Assembly (NCBI RefSeq): GCF_006345805.1
Contig: NW_021832617.1
Span: 1-29,805, forward strand
Direction: 5' to 3'
Length of the DNA stretch: 29,805 nucleotides
Origin: Octopus sinensis
Lineage: Eukaryota
The notes beneath the pieces are model-generated. The model saw only the letters and a program-made list of their open reading frames with translations, did not search any database and was not told the DNA's origin. Positions within the stretch are counted from its first letter, which is position 1. The number at the start of each line of letters is the position of its first letter. The translations under genes and the position numbers were made by a program. Positions 1-10,184 of the stretch are shown here, in pieces.

Positions 1-35
<35 letters not shown>

Positions 36-408
36 AAATACATGCACACATATGCAATACATACATATACATACACGCAAACACCCTAGCGTCACACATG
101 TTTATTAGTTTTTGTTCAGGTGTGACATCTCGGTCATTTTTTTCTTTTCATGGAATATTGTATTAAAAGGCCTTCCTTTTCCAAATGGCATTCTGTGATT
201 TCAGCGACGTGCCGCTACTATAAATAACAGACTAAATGACCATATCCATGCTTCAAATTATAAATCTTTCTTTCTTTTATGTACAATATATTCGTGGACG
301 GAAAAAAGAGAGATCGGTACGACTATTTTCAACTTTGCAACCGTGTATACTATCTCTCTCTGTCTCTGTCTGTCTGTCTGACTGTCTCTCTCTCTCTCTC
401 TCCTCTTC

Positions 409-478
<70 letters not shown>

Positions 479-554
479 GCATATACATATACATATATAC
501 ATACATATATACATGCATAAATAATAAATAATAGATAAATAAATAAAATATAAA

Positions 555-755
555 TGCGCCCTTTCAAAGTCTAGCCAGGCTCATGGGCGCGGTTTACCGG
601 TTTCTATGGCGTATGCGTTTCCCAGCTGGACAGGACGCCAGTCCATCGCAACGTTGCTCATTTTTGCCAGCTGAGTGGACTGGAGCAACGTGAAATGAAG
701 TGTTTTGCTCAAGAACACAACGCGTACCCAGTCCAGGAATCGAAACCACAACCTC
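555..755 (-). mobile_element. tRNA-derived CORE-type SINE, 5' end truncated
   Basis: The minus strand has the B-box GGTTTCGATTCC followed by GCGTTGTGTTCTTGAGCAAAACACTTCATTTCACGTTGCTCCAGTCCACTCAGCTG, which resembles the MIR/CORE domain. It is homologous to the copy at 7575-7848. Confidence 0.8.
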
Positions 756-851
756 ATTTTGTTAATGAGTGATGGCGCTCCTTTTCCTTTCAATGGCAAG
801 GTGAATCAACATAACTGTCGCTATTGGGCTCTTGAAAATCCGAGAGAACTC
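756..851 (+). mobile_element. Tc1/mariner-superfamily transposase fragment (first catalytic Asp region)
   Basis: Translates ILLMSDGAPFPFNGKVNQHNCRYWALENPREL, matching the SDEAxFxLNGxVNxxNCRYWxxENP motif of rosa/DD41D-like Tc1/mariner transposases. Confidence 0.75.
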
Positions 852-940
852 GGCTATATATACATATATACATATATGTATATATTATATATATATATAC
901 ATATGTATTCATATATGTATATATAAATATATATATATTT

Positions 941-1576
941 TTTATATATAGAGGGCATTATTATACATACATGCCACACGCTACGAGGGACATTAGTCAT
1001 TTCTACCAAAAATTTTACTAATCCTACCCAATGCAATTTTTTCAAAGCAAGACATTTAAAAAATGAATTTAGTCTTGTATCACCTGTGATTTCGTACTTA
1101 CCGCATTTGCGACCGTAACCGCAGTTGCGTCTGTCCTCATCAGCAAGACTGATTCTGAACATATCATAAATAAACGACCCCGTACCGTCAAGACCGAACA
1201 ACTAACTGTTCAACCCCAACGAAGCACATGGGGGAGTTTACATATAATACATCCGGTAAATGGCAGGCTTCTTCGAATTGCATTTCGGTTAGGAAAAGTT
1301 TTTTCGGAATAAAATTATTTAACAATTAAGGATAACCTCCTACTAAGGAATCTTAAGAAATTATCAGGTAGATAGCGTAATTTTTGGTAGAAATGACTAA
1401 TGTCCCTCGTAGCGTGTGGCATGTATGTATAATAATGCCCTCTATATATAAATTAATATGTTCAATAAGAAAGAATTATTTTCGAAATTTTTCTCTTATG
1501 AGGTTTTTCACGCTATCTACCTGATAATTTCTTGTTAAGATTCCTTAGTAGGAGGTTATCCTTAATTGTTAAATAA
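941..1576. mobile_element. Non-autonomous hammerhead-bearing element with interlocked inverted repeats (PLE/retrozyme-like)
   Basis: There is a perfect 74-bp inverted repeat (941-1014 vs 1379-1452) and a second inverted repeat (1315-1378 vs 1510-1576) identical except for a 3-nt indel. It contains a hammerhead motif and is flanked by (AT)n on both sides. Confidence 0.7.
1071..1150 (-). ncRNA. Type I hammerhead ribozyme
   Basis: Minus strand reads AGTCTTG-CTGATGA-GGAC..35 nt..GTAC-GAAA-TCAC AG GTGA-TA-CAAGACT. Stem I is a perfect 7 bp, the CUGAUGA and GAAA cores are intact, stem III is ATCAC/GTGAT, and the AUA cleavage triplet predicts a cut between 1078 and 1077. Stem II has one G-A mismatch. 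Confidence 0.85.
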
Positions 1577-1579
1577 AGT

Positions 1580-1618
<39 letters not shown>

Positions 1619-1646
1619 ATAAGTTTATATATATAAGTTTATATAT

Positions 1647-1957
1647 ATCACCGTGATCACCGTGACCGACCAGGCTATCAGATGTTGCTACACATCGCTG
1701 GTCACAAGGCGCTTCGCGTTGTTTTAACCCTCAAATGACGCCACCCCGCTGGCTAAGCGAGCAGGCTAACAGAAGAAAGAGTGAGAGAAAGTTGTGGCGA
1801 AAGAATACAGGGGGGATCGCCACTACCCCCTGCCGGAGTTTCGTGGAGCTTTAGATGCTTTCGCTCAATAAACACTCACAACGCCCGGTCTGGGAATCGA
1901 AACCGCGATCCTACGACCACGAGTCCGCTGCCATAACCACTGGGCCATTGCACCTCC
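1647..1957 (-). mobile_element. Full-length tRNA-derived SINE
   Basis: Pol III A-box TGGCCCAGTGG (1937-1947) and B-box GGTTTCGATTCC (1893-1904) lie on the minus strand. The tail is a short tandem repeat (TCACGGTGA)x2 running into (AT)n. Confidence 0.85.
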
Positions 1958-1967
1958 ACACACACAG

Positions 1968-1999
<32 letters not shown>

Positions 2000-3136
2000 A
2001 TGTGTAAAGTAATGAAGGAAGAAAGAGGGAATGAAAGAGTGAGAGAGAGAGAGAGAGAGAAAGAAAGAGAAGGAGAGAGAGAACAGAATAAGAGAATGTG
2101 AGAGCTACTGCATCGAATTCTCCATTATGCACACATGATCTTTACTTCTTCATATTATAAAATCTGGCGAAACTTAAGTGCACTATTTCAACAATTTGTT
2201 CTTTGCCGCTTGTATAAGTAGGTTTCGATCTCTCTGACCATTTCATTACATGTGTATGCCACGTTTATGATAATTATCTGTTCAATTCAAAGAACTTCAA
2301 ATTCAATAACCAGAACTTCCTTCTCACACCATGAATAGCAGAAACAATATGATATAATTGGTATGATGACAAATTGGCCAAAATTCCAGCTACAAGATTT
2401 TGGAGAAAGAAAAGTGCAGGTGGAGAGAGGAATCCGAAGACATCGAGAGAGTGCTTCCTTTGTTGTAAGATATATAACTTCAACGATGCTAGATGAATAA
2501 ACGGCTGTTGTGATTCCTTGCTAATTGAGGGTAAACTCACTAGGTGGCCTGAAATTAGTATATTACTGCGACACCTCGTGGATTAGTGCTTACTGAGTTT
2601 GGCTGGCGTTCGCAAGGTCTGGGTTGGATCTTTGAATTATTTTCTGGAACATTCTCACTTAAGAAAATGAAAACATGGCGTCAGGATTTTCAACAAAACA
2701 CGGAATACTTAAACAGAATGGGGGAAATGTGTCCTTGTAAGAAGAGAGAGAAAGAGAAATTTACTACAAAATGACTCTGCTCTTACAAAATGCTGACTGA
2801 TTTCAAAGGAGGAAACGACTCCATTGAATAAAACCAACACTAAAACTCAACCTCCACTACTACTACTGCTACTATCAATGCCATCTCCAAAAACAAACGA
2901 CATTCACACTACAAAGACCACAAACCAACAACAACCTGCATCCAAACCAACAACAAACAGCGATAACCACAAAGTAACATGAATAACCCAAAAACCATAG
3001 ACATACAAAACAAAGGAACTAATGAATCACACCCCCCCACACACACACGTACACACATAAACACAGTCGCATACTATGTATGTATTTATGTGTGCTTGAA
3101 AATAGTCAAACCAAATTTTTATCATTTCGAGCCACT

Positions 3137-3263
3137 CTACCAAATCCACTCACAAGGGTTTGGTCGGCCCGAGGCTATAGTAGAAGACACTTGCCCAAGG
3201 TGTCACGCGGTGGGAATGAACCCCAAACCATGTGGATGGTAAGCAAGCTACTTACCGCACAGC
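3137..3263 (-). mobile_element. tRNA/CORE-type SINE, 5' module only
   Basis: High similarity to the head and CCTTGGGCAAGTGTCTTCTACTATAGC core of the 13978-14390 copy. Confidence 0.85.
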
Positions 3264-3544
3264 ATTTGAATATTTCATGTAATTTTGTTTTTTTACATTC
3301 TGCATGCTTTTATATAATCCCACACTCTATCGTGCTGTAACGTACCCAATATTTTTGTGAATCGTTCATGGTTAATAAAGACAAAAAACAAAAACAATAA
3401 CATCATTGTCATCATCGGATTTGCTCGCAACTTGGTGTGTGACTGAACACGTTTGAAGGTGGGCAGGAAGAAAATTGGTTCAAAGATCAACAAAAAAAAA
3501 AGATACTACAAAATGTAAATAGTATTTTTATGTAATTTTTATAC

Positions 3545-3625
3545 ATTCGAAGCTTAGATCCTGGGGGCGTTAAAATTCATTTTCCATTCATCCGAGGTCG
3601 ATAGATTTGATATCATTCAACTTCT
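3545..3625 (+). mobile_element. Degenerate Deu/Nin-domain SINE fragment
   Basis: TTCATCCGAGGTCGATAGATTTGATATC resembles the Deu-domain core TTCATCCTTCCGAGGTCGATAAAAT. Confidence 0.45.
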
Positions 3626-4471
3626 CTGCTCCGTTCTATTGTCTATAGCTTCATGGATATATATATGTAACCTGGTGCCCATGGAAGACTGCCATTTCAC
3701 CATCATCGCCAACGTCATCATCATCATCATTATCATCATCGTTGCTATCGTTATCCACACAATTATCATTATTATTATTTATATTATTTTATATTTTAAT
3801 TATATTTATGACTTCTTATAATGTCGGCAGTGCTGATCCTCTAAATAATACTCACTTCAGTCTCTGCGAACAATAGTCGTCACATCATCTAAAACACTCG
3901 ACATTACATTCTCAGATAATCTAGACAAATTTTCTGGAGTCCAGAATCCGCCTCTGTATAACAGAACAGTCACCGATACAATGTAATTTATTGTTTAGGA
4001 AATGTAGACATTGTCAAAAATTGCAGACTTTGAAATCAAAGGAATCCAATTTCCTAAAAAGCCGAAAGGAAAAGAAAATTGAATGTCAATTAAAAGTGCA
4101 AAGAGAAGACATTGGTTTCTGCGTAAGTTTCCTGCTTGTAATATATGTAATGGGTAATTGCATTCTGCGCTGATCTAGAGGCCGCTTACAACAGAAAGGG
4201 ATTTGTGTGTGATGTTAAATCGGAGTGAGGCGGGGTGGAGGTGGTGGTGGGGGTGTAGAGAAGAAGAAGAAGAAGAAGAAGAAGAAAGAAGAAGAAGAGG
4301 AGGAGGAATAAAAGCGACTTTAAAGAATTAATGACCCGCTATGTAGAATTGGAATGAAAAGTAGCATGTATTTCCTGGAGAGTTCTTTTAATTAAATTTC
4401 CAACTGACGCACACAGTATATACGTACATTCCACGTATGTATATAGATACATATAAATACATTCACACATG

Positions 4472-4507
<36 letters not shown>

Positions 4508-4536
4508 TACATATATATATACATATATACACACAT

Positions 4537-4567
<31 letters not shown>

Positions 4568-4744
4568 CATATATATATATACACACACACATATATATAT
4601 ATACGTATAAATATACACACAAAATATATATATACTCACACACATGCACTCACGTACATCTGTATGTGCACGTTCATATTTAGATACATGGACGCAGATA
4701 CATGATCCTGTATGTACATATGTGCAATGTGTCCATGTATCAGC

Positions 4745-4802
<58 letters not shown>

Positions 4803-5625
4803 CCATATATAGATATGTCTGTGCGTTTGTGTGTGTGTATGTATGTATATGTATCAAATTATTTATCCCCCACCCTACGGTGGTCCAATTATTGAAACCA
4901 GTGAAAGAATGTGGGTGTGTGATTTTGTGTATTTATATAAGCACTCAGTTTGTATGTTTTTAACAAAGATAAACCGAGGATCATCGAGACCGACTCTTAT
5001 GTGTCGTGGGTTGTTAGCAGATTCGAGTTATTTATGCACGTTCAAATATTCCACATTCGTATCCAGATTCGTATCCACCGCATTCATGCAACGATTCTCA
5101 ACAACTTTTCACATACATCTACGTCAAATTAATATGCATTCAATTCAAGTTTAAACACGCCTAATCACTCTGTTTGTCTGCCACTATTTATATTTCCCTT
5201 TCTCTCTCTCTCACATACATTCATTTAGTAACTGAACTCCTTGTATATGGGGGATAACAAACTTGACGTGTATTATTTCTTTACATCACCCCAACTATTT
5301 CTCTCTATCTGATCTTTATTTTAGAGATCTCCACCCAATAGTTAAGTTACCGTTTGACAGAAACTTTGTTTCATCGAATTGACCATGAAGGTCGTTCATA
5401 GATAAAGGTAGCTGTGGGTTGGACAGAGGCATTAATGTGTATGAAAACGACAAAAAAGGAAAAAAAATAAAATAATGGGAGGGGTACCGGCGCCCGCCGA
5501 CGGATAACCCCGCGAAATCATTGCTCAATTTAAAGCAATATAAATCAAAGTTATAATCAAAAAAATTCAAAAATTAAAATTACAAATTACAAAATATATT
5601 TTTCATTATTCTTCGTCTTCCTCAT

Positions 5626-5680
5626 CCGGAACCATGTGGTTGGTAAGCAAGCTACTAACCACACAGTCACTCCTACACCT
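5626..5680 (-). mobile_element. SINE head fragment (same family as 13978-14390)
   Basis: Reverse complement is AGGTGTAGGAGTGACTGTGTGGTTAGTAGCTTGCTTACCAACCACATGGTTCCGG. Confidence 0.8.
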
Positions 5681-6452
5681 ATTATATAGTAACTTAAAAT
5701 ATCTAGTAATTTTAAATATCTAAATATTTCTTATTTACAAAGGCTTTTTAGCCGTTTTCTTGTCTATTTTCGATAAAATAACCAAGTAAATATATTTACA
5801 ATTGACACGAAAATATTATCTTCGGTTTCATTTGGATTTCCAGTTGTAAAAACTTGAAGCTGACGCGTTTGCATTTATCTAAAACATGGCCCCTGCATTC
5901 ACTTTCGCGTTAGATTTCAGCAATTCGATTATTCCACTTACGAAATTAGATTCTCATTCCTGCCCTCTCTTCCCCTGCCTCTCCCCGTCTCTCCTTCTCC
6001 CCATCTCTCCACTCTACCCCATCTCTATTTCTCTTACATAACTTTTTCTTATTCTTCTTCTTAAAATTCTCAAAAGCACTCAATATCATTTAAACAGAAC
6101 AAACAAATAAATTGCTAAATATACTGTCATAATTTCATTCATTAGATCCCGTAAGTTTGTTAAAAAGTAAAAAAAAAAAAAAAACGAAAAGAAATGAAAA
6201 GAAAAATAGATTTAAATTTACCACAGTTTTACAATAAATTAACTCCCCAATATATGACCAAACAAGATATCCACTCTCTAGCTTTCATCAACCTCTTCTA
6301 CTTCTATCACACTGAACAGTTAAACTGTGATCATCAATCACTTTCGCTCTGTCCGTTCATTTACTCATCTCATTTTTCTTATTCTTCTTCCTCACTTACA
6401 TTTTCAACTTTCCAATTCAAGCATCATACATTCAAGAGGCTGTTTCATTAAG

Positions 6453-6572
6453 ATGTTGACAATTCTGTTCTTCCTGTTCTTCCTTCTTATTTCCTTTTGC
6501 TCCATCGATGCGAAGCCTTATCAACTTCTAAAATCAGAGAACGAAATAGACACCACATATGTTATTTACTAA
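6453..6572 (+). CDS. Candidate signal-peptide-encoding exon or small ORF (39 aa)
   Basis: MLTILFFLFFLLISFCSIDA|KPYQLLKSENEIDTTYVIY has a hydrophobic core and a small-residue -3/-1 site. A plausible upstream UTR intron runs from GTAAGT at 6151 to a pyrimidine tract and AAG at 6421. There is no strong downstream donor. Confidence 0.3.
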   Translation: MLTILFFLFFLLISFCSIDAKPYQLLKSENEIDTTYVIY

Positions 6573-6798
6573 ATGAAAATACTATTTGTCGACATAAGAA
6601 AATAATATTTAATTTAGATTTAAATATACTTAAATAACTCACGTATCCGCTCCAGAAATTCGAAAGAATGGCGTATAAGACTAGTCTGGAATGAAATAAT
6701 TTAATACATAAATATCATTTGGCATTTACAGTTTAATCGCGTTCAAGTGTTCAGTATTATATACATACATACATACATACAGACATACATATACACAC

Positions 6799-6799
<1 letters not shown>

Positions 6800-6883
<84 letters not shown>

Positions 6884-6893
6884 CATCTGTCTG

Positions 6894-6974
<81 letters not shown>
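6800..6974. repeat. (ATCT)n tetranucleotide microsatellite
   Basis: Near-perfect ATCT array seen directly. Confidence 0.98.
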
Positions 6975-7362
6975 GTAAGATAACGAAAGCGGCTATAAGC
7001 AATATAAAACCAAAAGAAAAAATTTAAATCGTTCCTAATTGTGGCTGACGGTGCAGGGTAGCCCTTACACTGCTAGAAATAAGAGGTAAAAGCCCTTAGG
7101 GTCGCAAAGAAGTACATACCTATGCATTGACAGGGGAGATAACCGCCCCATAGCGAGCGAGATCATCATACTAGTCTAGTTGAGGTATGACTTAAAAGCT
7201 CATCAGTGATGACAACTCCATCGCTGGATAGTTTGGCTAAATTCCAACGGTCATTATATAGTAGTTAACATATGTATCAGAAGATGATTCACCAAAATGG
7301 TAATGTGAACATTATAAAATGTCTGTTTATATATACATACATGCATACATACATACATACGT

Positions 7363-7482
<120 letters not shown>

Positions 7483-7484
7483 TT

Positions 7485-7533
<49 letters not shown>

Positions 7534-7574
7534 ATATATATTATATATATATAAAGTTACCCTCCCAGGCAGAA

Positions 7575-7848
7575 GTCCGGAGAACGTTGTTTATGGAAGA
7601 CCAGCATTCGACCATGCATACCGGCCTCCTCTCTCCACGCCACCAGAGTTATCCAAGGGAAAGGCAAAGGGGCTGACACAGCTTGGTACTAGTGGCGACG
7701 CAACTCATTTCTACAGCTGAGTGAACTGGAGCAACGTGAAATAAAGTGTCTTGCTCAAGAACACAACACGCAGCCCAGTCCGGGATTTGGACTCACAACC
7801 TCACGATCGTAAACTTGACGTGCTAATCACTGAGCCATGCGCCTTCAC
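7575..7848 (-). mobile_element. tRNA-derived CORE-type SINE, near full length
   Basis: The minus-strand head GTGAAGGCGCATGGCTCAGTGATTAG carries an A-box and a degenerate B-box. The CORE segment is shared with 555-755. Confidence 0.85.
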
Positions 7849-8303
7849 ACAGACACACACACACACACACACATGATGGAAATTTTCCAAGAAAGTCTAC
7901 TGCATGAAGAACATGTACATTGGTGAGGTCTAGTATTCTTCCAGAAGTGAGCAAAAAGACATTTTTCAATTTGATAACAACCATAGTAAAACAGCGGTTT
8001 AATTCTAATTTCCAGGAAATACCGCAGAAATCCGAATTGTTAAATAGAAAGAAAAAAGGCAACATTCTGTGGAGATTGAGTCGAATCTTTAGCAAATACA
8101 GTGACATCTTTAGATCGATTATAAACCTTACCTAAGTATTTGACTTGATGCCGTTTCTGAGAAATCAAATCACAAAATTTAATTATTCTGAGAAGATGTC
8201 GCAAAATATCGTAGATTCGAAATATTTATAAAATTCACGCAAAAGGAAACTTTACAATTTTCTAATATATGTATGAGTGTAGTAAATATATATATATATA
8301 TAT

Positions 8304-8334
<31 letters not shown>

Positions 8335-8355
8335 CATACATATGTATATATATAT

Positions 8356-8430
<75 letters not shown>

Positions 8431-8483
8431 ATATATCTATATATATATATATATACACATACATATATATATATATATATATC

Positions 8484-8514
<31 letters not shown>

Positions 8515-8581
8515 GATATATATATATATATATATGGCGTCTATCAAAATTAATAGCATATTTACTAAAGTTGGCACTTAA

Positions 8582-8971
8582 AAATATTGTGCAGAATATC
8601 ATAATAGATGCAAATGCTGATATAAGGATAATATATATTGGATTATCAAGAATGTTAATACAGTTATAAAAATAATAGATAATTGAAACTTCTTGAAAAT
8701 AAAAGATAGACGAGATAAATTTGACTTCTCTATACTGTACACTATATCACAAGATATATTAGAAGAAGACTTAATAGAAATTTTTAAATTTAGCTTTCAT
8801 TGGAGGAAGTCAAATTAAAATAGCAATACGTGTTCTTAAAGCTAATTGGATTAACAAAAATTACAAAACATAAATCTTAATGGAAAAATACTTATTTTAA
8901 ATTAGGATAATAAATCTTTTCCAATAAAATTGGATTTCAAGAAATAAGACCATTGCATTGCACTAAGTGAG

Positions 8972-9006
<35 letters not shown>

Positions 9007-9230
9007 GTTGTGTGTGTGTGTGTGGTGTGTGTGTGTGTGTGCGTAGTGTGTGATATAAAAATATAATAACATGAATAAATAGTAATGAATAAAGATTAAT
9101 TGGAAAGTGATAAAAATATTAAGTCTTCTCTTTTTTCTATGAAAATAAATACCAATTTGTTCAAATCAATTTTCTTATTAATATTAATTTAGCAACAGAT
9201 GAGCAAAGAGGGAATTAATTTCTTGACCTT
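8582..9230 (+). pseudogene. Decayed Penelope-like element (PLE) reverse transcriptase fragment
   Basis: In-frame YWIIKN (8636) and FDFSILYT (8720-8743) resemble the PLE WIxKN and DFSTLYT motifs. NTYFKLG**IFSNKIGF (8887) resembles the region leading into motif B, and FLDL (9219-9230) follows in the expected order. There are many stops and frameshifts, and YxDD is not recognisable. Confidence 0.6.
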
Positions 9231-9939
9231 TGAAAGGTCAGTGGTATCCATGGATGGCTAATGAGGTATACCGATATTTAGGAAGGGAGCACTTACACAC
9301 CGACCTTAGTACCCACCCAATTGCTTCTTATTTTATTAAAGACATTAGCATTAAAAGATATCAAAGTTGGTTTTGGCGGGATTGGAACGGAGAACATTAA
9401 AATGTCAGGAGAAGACTACAGTTCGAAAGAGTTTTAATTCTATAAATTAGTTATTTGAAAACAATATAATAAAGATGTATACTGAATATGAAGTGAAAAA
9501 AGAAAAAATTAAATTAATTTAGTTCTTTAAACGTAGATATGGCAAACACAAATTTTATGCAGAAATTCTTATAAAGAGTAAACAAATATACGATTTATAA
9601 ATATATTTCTTGATGTCAGTCCTTACCTTTTCAAGCATTAGCTACGTTACGATGGCAAATTCAATATCTTCTCAACTATAGCACATATTTACATGGTGAT
9701 TTTTACGTTATTAAACCGAGGAAGATAAAAATCAAAATCAAAACCAGTAAGTCAGAACGTAAAGGAATAAAACCAAATGCTATGACATATTTTGTCCGAC
9801 ATTGAAATGATTCTAAAGACTCCATAACACAGGACTCATAAAACATGGTTTACTTCGTCCAAAAGTAAAAAAAAGAGAGACTTATCACGATAATGATAAA
9901 GATTCACGATGTTAATAGAATATACAGCCAAACCTATAA

Positions 9940-9961
9940 TATAATAATAATAATAATAATA

Positions 9962-9998
<37 letters not shown>

Positions 9999-10043
9999 TA
10001 ATAGTAATAATAATAATAATATATACTAATAATAGTAATGATG

Positions 10044-10079
<36 letters not shown>

Positions 10080-10126
10080 TAATAATAATAATAATAAATA
10101 ATAATAATAATAATAATATAGTAATG

Positions 10127-10184
<58 letters not shown>
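9940..10184. repeat. (TAA)n microsatellite, left flank of the R4/Dong element
   Basis: Interrupted TAA array seen directly. Confidence 0.97.

Noticed and set aside
854-1201. 115-aa minus-strand ORF (..SLADEDRR..)
   Set aside because: It has a TTG start, overlaps the hammerhead and inverted repeat, and ends in (AT)n. It is better explained as non-coding element sequence.
1893-1957. tRNA gene
   Set aside because: The A and B boxes belong to a SINE head that continues into a SINE body. No complete cloverleaf or acceptor stem is present.
7200-7206. CTGATGA core on the minus strand
   Set aside because: No GAAA follows a pairable stem II, so it is not a hammerhead.
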